From Octopus sinensis (taxonomy: Eukaryota), in the NCBI RefSeq assembly GCF_006345805.1, contig NC_043007.1, forward strand, positions 56,296,001 through 56,360,000: DNA of 64,000 bases, in the 5' to 3' direction. Positions 1 to 14,171 of the stretch are shown here, piece by piece. The notes beneath the pieces were generated by a model. It was not told where the DNA came from. It did not search any database and saw nothing but the letters and a program-made list of their open reading frames with translations. The stretch's first letter is position 1; each line of letters begins with the position of its first letter. Both the position numbers and the translations under genes were made by a program.

Positions 1-165
1 AACCTACAAAAATCAGCATTGTTTGGAACTGCAAGAATTCTTCGCAGGATTCTTGAAGCATGACCAATAAACAAGTGTCACTCTAGTCTGTTGGCTGTGA
101 ACAGCTGGCACTTTCCGTCATACCCAGCAAAATCAGCTGTGAGTTTGCTTCAAATAATAATAATA

Positions 166-200
<35 letters not shown>

Positions 201-483
201 TAATAATAATTGACTTTACAGGCCCAAATGATGAAAAAATCAATATGGGAAGTATAGAAAAATAGCATTGAATTACAGAAACTATGGAAAGTGCGGGTAA
301 AATGTATTTCAATAGTTATAGGTGCATTGGGACATATTCTTAAAGATCTGAACAGATGGATAGAGGAAAACAGTGTTATTGGGTACAGCTCGGATACTTA
401 ACAGGGTTCTTGGTGCCAAAGGTTGTAGCCCGATGTTAGGATTTTTTTCCAATACTCTAATCTGTTGTGTCTATATGAAAATG

Positions 484-526
<43 letters not shown>

Positions 527-602
527 CAACGACAACAACAACAACAACAACGACAACAACGACGACGACAATGATGACGATGATGACGACGATGACGATG
601 AC

Positions 603-635
<33 letters not shown>

Positions 636-735
636 TATCTGAGGAAAGAAATGAAACAGTTGTGGTCAATGAAAGAAGTGTATATTGTGCGAATAATTGT
701 TGGTGCCAAAGGTACAGTGAGCAAAATAATTAAAA
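1..735 (+). mobile_element. Three decayed 3' fragments of R4/Dong-type (RLE) non-LTR retrotransposons separated by (TAA)n and (CAA)/(GAT)n tracts
   Basis: Manual translation gives NLQKSALFGTARILRRILEA* (1-63), KLWKVRVKCISIVIGALG...LLGTARILNRVL (~270-410) and MKQLWSMKEVYIVRIIVGAKGTV (~640-720). These match the C-terminal P(V/I)VIGALG...LLGTARILR pattern of R4/Dong ORFs. Confidence 0.7.
483..632. repeat. Compound trinucleotide microsatellite (TAA)n-(CAA/CGA)n-(GAT)n
   Basis: Seen directly in the sequence; it is the source of the poly-N/D/T ORFs at 373-806. Confidence 0.95.
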
Positions 736-741
736 ATTGGT

Positions 742-1134
742 TATTCTTTTATTCTTTTACTTGTTTCAGTCATTTAACTGCGGCCATGCCTGAGCACCGC
801 CTTTAGTCGAACAAATCGATTCCAGGACTTTTTCTTTGTAAGCCTAGTACTTATTCTATCGGTTCTTTTGTCGAACTGCTATGTTACGGGCACGTAAACA
901 CACCAACATCGGTTGTCAAGCAATGGTGGGGGAACAAGCATGCACACAAATATGCATACACACACACACACTACAAAATTCTTTCAGTTTCTGTCTACCA
1001 AATCCACACACAAGGCATTGGTCGGCCCAAGGCTATAGTAGAAGGCACTTGCCCAAGATGCTACACAGTGGGATTGAACCAGAAACTATGTGGTTGGAAA
1101 GTAAACTTCTTACCTCACAACTACTCCTGCGCCT
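742..1134 (-). mobile_element. tRNA-derived SINE, family A (head AGGCGCAGGAGT...GTGTGGTAAG)
   Basis: Reverse complement of the copy at 63115-63490; tRNA-like A/B-box head and an AGTAAAAG(A)-type tail. Confidence 0.8.
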
Positions 1135-2778
1135 TTACAGGAGGTATTATACGAATAAAAAGGAAAATATAGTGTAACTAGAAAACAGCATTACTTGGCA
1201 GCGCAAGAAGTTTCTCGAAATTCCTGAAAAAAGTACCACCTATCTTCACGGAAGACAAACAACTGGTATTTTAATGATACTTCTTGCAGCAAGCTGAGTA
1301 TGTTAGATATGATAATAATAATAATTATTATTCTATCTTATTTTATTTCATTTGAAAGGTCTGTTGTCTACTGTCTGTGGTTCTGAGTGACTACAGCGGT
1401 TGAAGCTTACATAGACCTGTATTTACTTTTCCAGTGGAACATCTTTCATTCAAATGGTCCAATATTTCCTGGGGAAACAAGACATCGAACGATACTCAGT
1501 TCTAGCAACACTGTAACGCCCTAAACAGATGTCCTGACAATAATTGAGCGTTTGTCGCAAGCATGTTGGGCTTATAGTTCGTGTGTTAACCATCACGTAT
1601 ATTTCTATGTCACGCGCATTATTGCTAAATAGTTCCCGATCCTATCCTGACTCCGCCCGTCTTATGATAGGTTTTGTTTATGACCTGTAAACTCTCTAGC
1701 AAGTGCTTTGACCAGATTAGACATATATAGGACAGGCAGATCAGATACACACACACATATTAACATATATACCAATATGCACCTTCATAAACATGTATAC
1801 ACAAATGTATCTATGGGAATGCTAATGTATAGTTAAAAAAGAAAATAGTGTATTAATTGTAGGAAACACGTGCATGTTAGAGTAACAGAAATGGGCAGTA
1901 AGAAGTTCATGTCGATAAGTTTTAAATATTATTGGTTGGAGAAACCAGTCGAAAAGTATTTAAAAGACTGAAATATCCTATCAATACAATAATATTCGTT
2001 TTATAACGTTAACAAAATTTGAATTTCGAATGTTTCTGATGTGCCGAGTTTTGACGAATACTTTAAACTCCATATATGAGAAGAAACGGATGTGACTAGA
2101 TCTAATAAATTCCTCAGTTTGAATGCAACAGGTGTATTTTTCGAAATAGCGTTTTACTACTATATGTACTAAAATGAATTGGAGTTAGCATTAATACAAG
2201 AGCCAAAAAAAAGTTTTTCCCGTAGAGACAGGCTTTGAAACGCATTTACTTGATTATGCGTTCCGACTTTTTCTCTGATAAAATGCAGTGTAGAACTTCT
2301 AAGATGTCATTTGAAGAATTCCAAGGAATAAAAACAAGAAGGTGCTATTCTAACTTCAGCTGTTTAATTTGAATCTGTAGATGAGGTTCAACAAGTGTGG
2401 AGCGGGTACATTAGTATATGAATATATATTATAAAGATTGGAGCGAGTATATGAGTATATAAATGCAAACGCATTGAACTGCACTCAATACCTAAGATAG
2501 AGTTTATTTTAATACCGTCTCAAGAATTACAAGCATATACTTTGTGTGTGTGTGTATGTGTGTGTGTCAGTGCGTGCGTGTGTATGTGTGTGTGTGTGTG
2601 TGTGTGCGTGTGTGTGTGTGTATGTGTGTGAGTGTGTGAATTTATGCAGTCAAAAGAAAAAGACTTTTCAGCGGAAGTCGCTAAATATATATATCTAGTG
2701 AGTATTTGGTGAGAAAACATTAATTTAACACGTTTGAAATACATGTATATTTCTGATGTAGTTATATGTGTTACTACT

Positions 2779-2812
<34 letters not shown>

Positions 2813-3108
2813 TAGCTATACACACATGTATGTATGTATGTATGTATGTATGTATGTATGTAGGTAGGTAGGTAGGTAGGTAGGTAGGTAAATAGGTAGG
2901 TAGGCAGGTAGGTAGGTATGTATGTAGCTATCTAGGTATATATGAACGAGAGAGAAAGAAGAGAGCGTAAGGGAGTCAGCATTAAGCTACATAGACATTC
3001 TTGTTCTTGATTTAAATATTGTGTATGTACTTATGAAATATACCTCTATTTTATGCTGCTTGTGTATGCCTAGACATGTATGTATATATCTAGGTGTGCG
3101 TATATAGT

Positions 3109-3170
<62 letters not shown>

Positions 3171-3234
3171 ACACACACACATATATATATATATACACAC
3201 ACAGACACGCATGTACGCACACACACACACACAA

Positions 3235-3299
<65 letters not shown>

Positions 3300-3894
3300 C
3301 ACACACACATACAAATACATTTACATACACGTATCTGTATGTTTGCATGTGAGAAGTTGAGTGAGTGTTAAATTATTATTTTACCGGAAGCTTTCTTTTA
3401 AAATTCCAAGAATGTCAGTTCACAGATTCGTATTTTACAGCAAAAAAAGAGAGAGAGAACGAGTGAGAGAAAGAGAAAGAGGGGAGATGGGAACTCGAGA
3501 GAGCAAGAGAGAAAGAGAGGGAGGGAGGGGAAAGAATAATAAATGAACGATAAACTAGAAAAGGAAAAAAGAAGAGAAACTTTTAAGAAAAGGTACTTGC
3601 TGACGCCTAAGGAGCTGTCCAAAATACCATATGGTAGATTCCAGAACTCTATGAATATCTAGAATTAGAAACACGCAACTATCGATTTCTTTTTCTCTCG
3701 CCGCTAAAAAAAGACTCGTGAACACGTGAAAAATATCGGATGAAAGCTGTTCCTTTCACTAACAAGTGCCCAGCTTAATCTTGCTGTAGCTATATTCTAA
3801 AAAGTTTGCATTTTATTGACAGTTAAGCATGGCTTTAGTCACCATGCTTAAAAAAACACGAGAAGAGGAGGATCATCCCAGATACATACGCCTA

Positions 3895-3952
<58 letters not shown>

Positions 3953-4019
3953 GTTATCTAGCTAGCTAACTATTTCTCTCGCCTAATACGCACGCACACA
4001 CCCACACACACACACATTT

Positions 4020-4152
4020 ACTTTTCTACTCTAGCGCCAAGGCCTGAAATTTTGGAGGAGGGGGCCAGTCGATTAGCTCGACTCCAGTACGCAACCGGTA
4101 GTTAATTTATCGACTCCGAAAGGATGAAAGGCAAAGACGACCTCGACGGAAT
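4020..4152 (-). mobile_element. tRNA-derived SINE family B, 3' fragment
   Basis: Matches the 3' half of the copies at 20702-21062 and 58715-58932 (TCGACCCCGAAAGGATGAAAGGCAAAGTCGAC core). Confidence 0.7.
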
Positions 4153-4163
4153 ACACACAGACA

Positions 4164-4229
<66 letters not shown>

Positions 4230-4312
4230 TGGAATTTACAAAAAAACAAAACACGTAGACAAGTGTATAAACAACAAACAGGTGTAGTAGTTTAACCCTC
4301 GGGAAAGTGATA

Positions 4313-4353
4313 AAGTATTTTACGTTTCAAGCCTACGCTCTTCAACAGAAAGG
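4313..4353 (-). ncRNA. Degenerate minimal hammerhead-like motif (PLE pLTR type)
   Basis: Minus strand reads CCUUU CUGUUGA A GAGC GUAG GCUU GAAAC GUA AAAUAC: 4-bp stem II, palindromic ACGU stem III, 3-bp stem I. The core carries an A6->U change. Confidence 0.4.
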
Positions 4354-4696
4354 AACACGAGAAAATCAACAGCGAGAGAATAAAGAGGGAGACAGAGATT
4401 TTACTTAATTAATAATTAATTGTAGCAATCACACTATCTATATTTAATGAATGTGAGACTTTAGTGAGAAAATTCAAATGTCGGAAATGCTAGCCTCTCA
4501 CATTCAACAATTCGCGAAGTACAACCCTTCTTGTTGCTAACATTGTGTGTGGTGCTCAAGGTGCTGCCGTTATTGTTGCCTACGTGAGGCTCGTTGCAAG
4601 ACCTATGATCAAAGGCGTTCTAGTGTAACTCTTTTGTCATTACTTTTCCCCTATGATGTAACATCATCTTTTTTAAGATGTGCGTGCGTGCATGCG

Positions 4697-5025
<329 letters not shown>

Positions 5026-5154
5026 ATGCGTGATTGTGCATTTTTTAATTCTTGTTGACTGATAGAACTTTTACAATTGCTTACTAATCAACTAATATCT
5101 GGTGTGTTCGTCTTTGAAAGTTTTCTATCCGTTTGTAAGAATTTATATTAAGTA

Positions 5155-5870
5155 ATAACTGAATTACTCGGCGTTACCCAGGTTAGTGCGATCTTGTTCA
5201 GATTAGTAAACAATAGATATGAAGATACATAATTATTTTAAAATATCTATATTTTATTTTAAAATATCCAAATTGTAAATTTAATAGAATTTAGAAGAAA
5301 GGGGAAACAATATTCATTGTGTAATTTGTTGTTGGTGTCGAAATGAATAAATTGTTGCTGCTTCCAACTCGTGAGCAAACAACATAGAGTAGGCCGTAGG
5401 AGAAACATGTAATAGAGAGATGAAGTCCAACTACCCTGAGATTTGTTAATTGAAATAATAGGTAACTGAAGCCTCTTAAATTGAAATGAAGCCTCGGTAG
5501 GTACGAGAGGAAATTTTAGAATAAAGATATTTTCTTCTTTGTGACTACTTGTTATGATTGTTGCCTGTTGGACATGGAAGTAACAATTAAGCGAGTTCCA
5601 TCGCACAGGTGAGGCGGGTCAAGATTTCTAAGCAACATTCAGTTTGAAGTTTTGAGGTGGCATTCCTGTGGGTTTAAGTGTGTTCAGAAATTCAACAGGG
5701 TATTGAACAGCCTGATCTTGATCGATTGTTGTGGGAATTGATGGAAAAGTCATTTCTGGTGTATCTGTTAACTTTTGAAGTTCATGATCGAGTTTATCAA
5801 CCATTTCATTAGTTGGAGCCAGTATATCTCTTTCAGATAGCCAGTTTACAACAGTGTAATTGACAATCAC
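5155..5870 (-). mobile_element. Helitron 3' fragment: C-terminal Pif1-like helicase plus degenerate 3' terminus
   Basis: ORF 5628-5906 reads WLSERDILAPTNEMVD...YPVEFLNTLKPTGMPP, followed across frameshifts by RNLDPPHLCDGTRL, FQFKRLQLP, SINKSQG and CSRVG. AACCTGGGTAACGCCGAGTA at ~5165-5185 resembles the terminal hairpin of the 36907 Helitron. Confidence 0.85.
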
Positions 5871-6029
5871 ACATACACTCACACACACATACACTCTCAC
5901 ATACACTCACACACATATACACTCTCACATACACTGACACACACATACACTCTCACATGCACTTGCATACATATACTAAGACAGTCACACACAGACATAC
6001 ATTTACGAAACGAACATGCACCCACACAC

Positions 6030-6310
6030 ACACTCACAGACACATATACACTCATATATAGAATGTGTCGTGGTGGCGGTGGTTATATAAAATGTTCTTT
6101 ACTATGTCGTACATAACGAACGCACAAACACACACGCACTGATAGACACATACACACGCATATACAAAATGTGTTATCGTCGTCATCGTCGTGGTATAAA
6201 ATGCCCTTCAGTATGTAACACGTAACGAACGCGCAAACACACACACTTTCACAGACACATACACTCTCATATACAAAATGTAACGTCGCAGTCGTCGTGG
6301 TATAAATTTT
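6030..6310. repeat. Degenerate ~110 bp minisatellite, about 2.5 units
   Basis: The block CATATACAAAATGT...GTCGTGGTATAAAAT...TAACGAACGC(A/G)CAAACACAC recurs near 6055, 6160 and 6270. Confidence 0.65.
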
Positions 6311-7989
6311 ATTGTAGCTGACAATAAAAAGATTATTTTCGAGAAAATGTTATAATGTTTTAATCGAAATGAAAATAAAAGTTACATGTTGACACTCGTG
6401 GGGTGTAATTCGTTGTAAAATTTGATTGAGTTGGTAGAGCCGTTTGAGAATGTATATGGAAGAGAGAGACAAAGAATTTTATATAGAGAGAGATAATAAA
6501 TACAAAATTTGTACATAACTTGGATCTATTTTAACAGTTGTAGAAAGAAATCTATTACAGAATGAAGAAAATAATTCACATTTTATCACATTAAAGAAAA
6601 TTCAATTCTGACAAATTCGGAAGTGAATTCAAGAAAACGGGACAAGTTTTCCTGGTGCTGTCTTTGTTGTTGGCGTTTTTGTTGTAGTTGTTATTTATTT
6701 TTCAGTACGGGTATAACAATATTTAATTAATTGAGGAATTCCACCCACACATCCCAAACTATAAAAACAACAACGACAATAACAACGGGAATATTTCTTT
6801 ATTCAGCAGTAATTCATAAACTTCCGAAAACAAAGCCTTTACCGTGAAAATAACGCACATTTAGAGAGACAGGGAGAACATGTGGACAGGATAGAGAGCG
6901 ATCTCCATTTTCCTTCTTATTCATAACATACAGCTTCCATGATTTACTAAAATGTTTTCACATGTTCGATATATATAGTTTCCATATGGTCCTGCCAAGC
7001 GTACACGCCAGCTTTCTTTTAAACAGTCTTTTCAAGCGATAGTCTTTCCTGAAAGTAGATGACTCCTTTCTTTTTCTCCCTTATTGTCTTCATTTTCATT
7101 TTATTTACTTTATTTTCGGTTTTATAATAGTTCACTTCCGGTCATTGGTTTCCAAGAAATCTACCCAAGGCATCGGACTCTAAATTCTTTGCTGTCTACT
7201 TGAACAATCAACAAACATTGTGTGGGAGTGTGAATACTTGAACGCGTTGGTAATTTGTAAACAAATATGAGCGCGCGCGAGCGTGTATGCAAACACACAC
7301 ACAATGGAATACGATATACACACACACGCACGTGCGCGCGCACACACACACACGCACATACACACACACACACGCACACACGCACGTACACATACACGTA
7401 TTTATCTGCATTTTTTCTAGTACTGAAAACAAGACTTCTAGTTTTAATTTGCTTTTGTTTCCCCAATTTTTTTCCTATGCGTGCGTTAGTTCCTTACATT
7501 TCGTTTCGAATAATAGTGACAATTGTGATGGATTTAGAAACCTTATTGTTTCCATAGAACTGTTAGGAACTAATAGGAATATACGGAAAACAAACTAACA
7601 AAAATGTTAGAACTCGGACATAGTTTATGTCTTCACTAAGACAGGTCAATGTAAAGAGAGACATAGCTAAACATACGCAAGTAAACATGTACTGCCACCA
7701 CCCCGCACACACTCACACGCAAGTACAGACACACTTATGCACGCACATGCAAACACTTGCACCCACAAACACATGTACACACACATGATTGTAGTTATAA
7801 ATAGCAGACCAGAATATATTGGGTAAACAATGCTCCTTAGTGAGAAAAGACGAACAACCATCTATCGGCCTCGAACCACACATCTTTTGTATCCCGGAGG
7901 GTAGCGATACCATTACACTTTAAAAAAAAGATGCACATCTGACTTTCAACCATCCAAATATTTTTTGCAATTAATATTTTTAAAATATT

Positions 7990-8175
7990 AAGGAGGCGAG
8001 CTGGCAGACTCGTTGGCAGGTTGAGAGAAAATGCTTCGCAGTATCTCGCCCGTCTTTACGTTCTGAGTTCGAATAGCGCCTTTCATTGTTTTGAGATCGA
8101 TAAAATAAGAAGAGTTGAGTACTGGATTTGATGTAAACGACTTACTTCCTCCCCTAAATTGCCAAAATTAGAAAC
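7990..8175 (+). mobile_element. tRNA-derived SINE family B, decayed
   Basis: Head AAGGAGGCGAGCTGGCAGA and body similar to 58715-58932. Confidence 0.75.
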
Positions 8176-8656
8176 CAATATATTTTGAGTTATTATTTAT
8201 AAGTACAATGAAGCAGCTTCGTAAAAGAGATTTATCATATTTTTGAATCGTTCTTAATTTCAATCTAAATGTAACTAAACTTCCTGTCTTGCTTGTAAGA
8301 TAAGAAGTTGGCCTTTCGGAAGTTGCAGAGCCACATTGGTGTAATTGTACCATAACTAGCTGGTATAGGGTATATGCGTTGTTTGAGCCTTGCAGATGAA
8401 TTTCAACATTTATCCCCTGCAAGTTTCTTTGGCTAATTCATCAAGAGCTATGTTTATAGCCACATTCATATTCCGAAAACCTTCGTAAAAGAGCTGTACA
8501 CAAACACACACAGATGCACACGAACATGTATGTAAGTGTGTGTATGTGTGTGTATGTGTGTGTGTGTGTATGAGTGTAATGTATACGTAATATGAAGGTT
8601 TGTCACATGAGCTTTCAGCTTCAACAGAACTATTGGTTTCTTCCATACCTAGCATA

Positions 8657-9600
8657 TATTATCCCATAAATAATGCGGTTTTTAAATATTTCTTTTATTT
8701 TTTCAAAATTAAGATAAACTGAGTTCTTTTTTAATCTAAAATATACTCTCCTTCATTTTCTACAATGCTCTTCCAACTATCAGGTAGATTTGCAAGGAAC
8801 CTCTTCCAAAATTCACTGTTTTGACCTCGTCTACTGAATTCATATATTTTCCCGTCCAAATGATTTTGAAGACTGTGGAATAAATGTTAATCTGATGGAG
8901 CAATGTCCGATGAATATGATGGTTGAGCAACGTTTCACATTCAAACTACTCCAGCCTTTGGAATGTCATCCTCGATGTATGCGGCTGAGCATTATCCTAA
9001 TGGAAAAACACCTTTCGTCTTGATACCAAAGATGATCGTTTTTTCTTCTAGCGCTGCTCGCAGTAGATCTCTTTTGTTATTATTTGGCTTGAGTTTAAAA
9101 GTTCAAAGTTCACTAATTTCCCACCCACTGTCTTCGGCGCTTGACCATTTTATAGAGAACCCATTTCTCGTCACTGGTCACTATTCGGTCCAAAATAGAT
9201 TCATTCGTGAGACGTGACAGCAAAGAAGAGCACACATTTACTCTCTGCGCCCGATTAGATTCGGAAAGTTTGTGAGGAACCCATTGACCCAATTTTTTGA
9301 CTTTTCATATGGAACGCAGCTGTCGATGAATGGTTGAATGACCAAATCTAAGTTTCTCTGCTAGATCTTCAACAGTTACAATGAGACTTTATTCACCCAA
9401 GTTTTGTAGGACACCTTGTTGAGCTTTACAGATCTCCAGAATGACGCACGTCTTCTAGGCTTATTTTTTGATCCCCATATACTGTATTAATATTCCTCGC
9501 ACTTTCTGCTGCGTTGTTACCTTTATTGAACACATACAGCAAGATATGCCGAATATGCTCCTTTGTCACTTCCATTATAGCTTTGAAAAAAATAACTGTT
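8657..9600 (-). mobile_element. Decayed mariner transposon
   Basis: Minus strand retains WVPH, LDR-VTSDEKW, DNAQPHT and LPDSWKSIV mariner motifs, with many stops and frameshifts. Confidence 0.8.
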
Positions 9601-10191
9601 AAAATCGAACTACACTCTTCAAAACTTGCTCTAATTTATTTGCCATACATACATTCGTACGTGCATCCATCCATCCACACATATATACATAAATTTATTA
9701 GATGAGTTTTACGTTTCAACAGATGTATTGAATTTTTCTCTAACTAATATCTGGAAACTATTTGGTGCTGTGTCAGGGACTGTCAATGAATCATCGCATT
9801 CTGTCTAATATGTCGTATTTCTTGCTAGTATATTTTTTGATACGCTCTAATTAATAATATTCTTTGATAATAATTCCCAACTTTACACAATGTTTGACAT
9901 CATTTTAAAGCTTTTGCTTCTGAGTTTAGAATGATCTCTTTACTAATTGATTTATAGGCCTTCAAAATTCATTGCTTAATGTAATAAAACAGGATTTTGT
10001 AGTTTGGCGAGTATATAGTTGTCATTTGTTTGCCACTAGTAGCAAAGGGGTGTAATCAGTTTTCAAAGATTACACCATTCTAAATGTGACTCCGGTTTTA
10101 GCAATTGTGTTTCAAAGTTTAGAAATAACATAAATGGATTTTAATCATACCAGCTGAACAATAAAAAAACAAAGAAATTATTTGATGTCAA

Positions 10192-11417
10192 CGAGGATGC
10201 GCTGAAAAGTTCATAGGCTAACTATAAAGAAGTGATGCTAGAGCTGTGAAATCTTGTGTGCATTAATTTCAATTCTCTTTATTAGTAGCTGCGTTGTTTC
10301 TTTCCAGGTAAACTCACAAATGACTGTTCTAAGAAGACGTCAACTGTAACCAGTAGCGATTTCTTTTGAAAATGGACAAACTTTGACATCGTTATTTTAT
10401 CAAGTACCTGTTGGAAAAACGTTTATCTCTCCGCCCAAGGATATTCATGTTGACATCATGGCTACGTTAGAGATGGCACTCCAGCTTTCTCAACAGTGCA
10501 AAAGAGGGCAGCTAAATTTAGGAGGGGAAGGGAGAGCCTCCAAGATCTGGAGTCCTGCAGCTGCCACCACCGACGGAAACATCGATCGTGTTCACCACAT
10601 GGTGATGGATGAGAGGCGATTCATAATAAATCAAACAGCCAATGCATATCCCATGAGCTGAGAATATTCTGCACTAAGGATTTGGCATGTTGAAGGTCTC
10701 TGCTCGGTGAGTGCAACGTCTTCTGAAACTTGTTCAAAAGCACCCCAGGCTGATCACGGCACAGGAAAATCTGGCATTGTTTGGGGTAGATCCTGCTGGT
10801 TTCCTTGAACTTTCTTCACACAAATAAGTGTTGGCTTCATCACTTTGAGATAGAAACCAAGAGACACTCTATGCTCCAAACAAGGCCATGGTCCTTTCTT
10901 CTGCAGGTAAGTTCGGGATGCAAAAGGCGTTGTGTTTCTTGACTATCTTCAAAAGGGCCACACCATCATTGAAAATTACTATGCCAATTTGCTGAGGCAG
11001 TTACGAAAGGCTATCTAGGCGAAAGGGTCATGAAAACTGACGAAAGGGGTCTTGTTTCATCATCACAATGCTCCAGTACACAAGTCCTTGGTTTCAACGG
11101 CTGCTGTGCGTGGCTGTGGCTTTGAACTGGTTGACCACCATCCCTATTTTTCTGATTTGGATCTATATAACTATCATCTGTTCCCCAGCATGATAAAACA
11201 CTTGACTGGGAACCAGTATCGTTGTGATGATGACGTCGTATATGACTTTTCTTGACCAACAGGATAAAAACTTCTTCACTAATGGAATACAAGCACTGCA
11301 CCACAGATGGAACAAGTGTGTGGGCCACAAAGGGGATTATGTTGGAAAATAAACCTCATTTGGTCACATTCCATGAGAACATCTTGGTCAACCTATGAAC
11401 GTTTCAGCCGATCCCCG
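10192..11417 (+). mobile_element. Near full-length decayed mariner transposon (~1.2 kb)
   Basis: Imperfect ~28 bp TIRs (CGAGGATGCGCTGAAAAGTTCATAGG at the left, CCTATGAACGTTTCAGCCGATCCCCG+TA at the right). Motifs include ATTDGNIDRVHHMVMDERR, HHHNAPVHKS and ELVDHHPYFSDL. Confidence 0.9.
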
Positions 11418-11955
11418 TAGATGTCTCTTTTTCTGAAAATATACAAATTTATTTTAGACTGTATTGTAAATGTCATGTAAAAGCTATATAGCTGGTATAT
11501 CGTAGACAAAATGTGTGATCTCATTTTGACGAAAGTATATCCGGCAGAGACTTACTGGAGCGTTATCTGTTTCTTAAAAATTACGCAATGTTATTTAAAA
11601 TGAATGGAAGATTTCTCGTTGTGGAAATCAATTAAACAAAAGTTTATCGATAACTGAAGAAATAATCAATAATTTTATTGCAACAATAAATTCATTTCAA
11701 CTTGAAAACTGATCCAGATAGTTTAAAAGGGCAGCATGAATATCGTAAGGTTCATGATTTAAATATTAATGATATCATAAATTAATAGCTGCGTTCAAAG
11801 TATACGGAGAGCAGCCGATGTAGAATAGTGTAACGTTGGACAATTTAAGATATCGCGTATTGAACTCGTTGTTTACACAGTTGGTGACCGTCCTGTACCC
11901 ATATATATATATATATTATATATATATATATATATAGATATATATATATATATAT

Positions 11956-11987
<32 letters not shown>

Positions 11988-11995
11988 ATATATAT

Positions 11996-12097
<102 letters not shown>

Positions 12098-12099
12098 TA

Positions 12100-12157
<58 letters not shown>

Positions 12158-12409
12158 TATATACACACAAGTGCGCGTAGATACACTCATATATACGTAT
12201 GTACATACAAACACATTCAACTATAATCCCCATTCATAGCTGCTGAACTTCCTATGCTAGGTAAAACTACCTACTACCATAGCTGCTGCTACTGGGCGGC
12301 ATACAAAACCTGGGCAACAATCCTCTCACTAAGAGGGGGACGGTCATCTCTGATTGTATAATATTTCAAAATATATTCCAAGGTGAGAGTCTTACTACGA
12401 AATCTGTTG

Positions 12410-13960
12410 ATCTTGGTACTGAATCAATTGTTTCTGCTATCAAAATCCAATAGTTACATGTTAGGATATGCGACTGCTAGAAATATTAATGTAACCCATA
12501 ATTTCTTCGCGGATGATCGAACGATCTACGCTAAAACTGTGTACAATGCAAAAGACAAGTAGAATTAGTAACAACATTCTCAGCTTATGTAGGAATGAAA
12601 TTTGTCCAAAAATGTTTGTATTTGAATGTTAACCTGTTAAGTTAATCCCACAAACCCAAACCCCGTGCATCAATCGCTTCTCTCTATCTCTCCTAATAAT
12701 AATATGATGACTCGAGAATATTATTCCAGACTTGGAAAAATATAGCATTAGGAACTCACCTCTTACAAGACAATTTCCAACAACGTATTTGTAGCACCGG
12801 TGCTGATTCCAACAGTTGGTTTACTTAGCGGTGTCTGAAGGAAATCTACTCCTTAGACAGTAAAACCCGCAAGATACTGACATTACCTGAAACTCCCGCA
12901 GAAACTGATATTGACAGATTCTACCTACAATGATATGCAAGAGATAGAAGCTTGAGAGCAGAACAGACGACCTTCAAATGCCCTATTAGATTCTCTCAGA
13001 CAACACCTGTTACAGAACAACAGCAAAAATAAATATATATACCTAGTCCTCAATGTGAAGAGAGCAGCATTCTACATGTGAGCTCCTCAGGAAGTATTCT
13101 CTTCCTGACGAACATCATAAAATGCTAAAACAGGTGGAACTAACATACCTCAAGAAGACCTGGATGTGAATCGCTCAGCACACACACACGCACACACGCA
13201 CGCGCGCACACCCACACACCCACGCACACACACAAAGACTATGCATGGCTGTTTCCCGAAAATGAAGCTCAGGCTTTGTTTGGCTCGTGCTAATCACATA
13301 AAACTTCGAAGGCTATGCATTTGAATTCTAAGAGTAAGAGAGCGCTACAAAATACTTTATAAACAATTAAGACAGTGAGGCCTGTGGAGATACAATCAAG
13401 AATGTCGATTATGTCAATATTTCACTGAAAGACTTCAAGCATGTGATTAACAGCTACCCAAAAATACCATCAAGGTTACTATCATCCTAATGCGACTCGA
13501 CATTATCACTGAAACAATATATGATGCCATCAGAAAAAAAAATGATAGCTCTGGGATAGATATGGAGAACCACCTTGTTTTTGAATACATGTATAAACAT
13601 CAGCTCAAGGAATATTGGCGGAAGATTTCCATCAAAACTTCTACCAAGTGCAAATGTAACATGCCTGATTTGGGATGAACAAGAAAAAGTATATTCTGTC
13701 ACAGAGATCAGCCGCTCTGCTGATGTGAATACCTCTTCGAAAAATCAAAGAGAAAGAGAATAATTATGAACCATTGCGTTGAAGCCTCCAGCTTCTACAT
13801 CCAGATTATAATTTTATTTATAACAATAACAATTAGAGCACTTGGTTTTACGAGTAAATGCCTCAGTCACAATTCAGATAGTAAGGGGTTTTCAGAAAAA
13901 ATACAAATAAAATGTGTAAACAGAACAGTAGAAGTATGCAAGACTTTTCTCAAGGTCAAA
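12410..13960 (+). mobile_element. Heavily decayed R4/Dong-like RLE LINE (RT C-terminus, CCHC knuckle, RLE endonuclease)
   Basis: Fragments read HNFFADD, LDSKTRKILT...DIDRFYL, CRLCQYFTE and ISIKTSTKCK-N-PDL-IWDEQEK, ending in IRALGF...VCKTFLK. Confidence 0.75.
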
Positions 13961-14113
13961 ATGGGAACTTGCTTTTGTTATCTGCCTTCAAACTATGAAG
14001 ATATGTATCTTTATCAGAAACCAGCTCCTTTGTTAAAGAGAGACTTCAGATAATAAAAATTGAAAGACAACATCCATACACACATGTATACATAGACATA
14101 CATACATATACAA

Positions 14114-14171
<58 letters not shown>

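Noticed and set aside
373-806. Poly-N/D/T/I ORFs and the many YI/CV/HT dipeptide ORFs across the window
   Set aside because: These are translations of microsatellites.
3823-3851. 10 bp inverted repeat TTAAGCATGG / CCATGCTTAA
   Set aside because: Single, short and plausible by chance in 64 kb; no supporting context.
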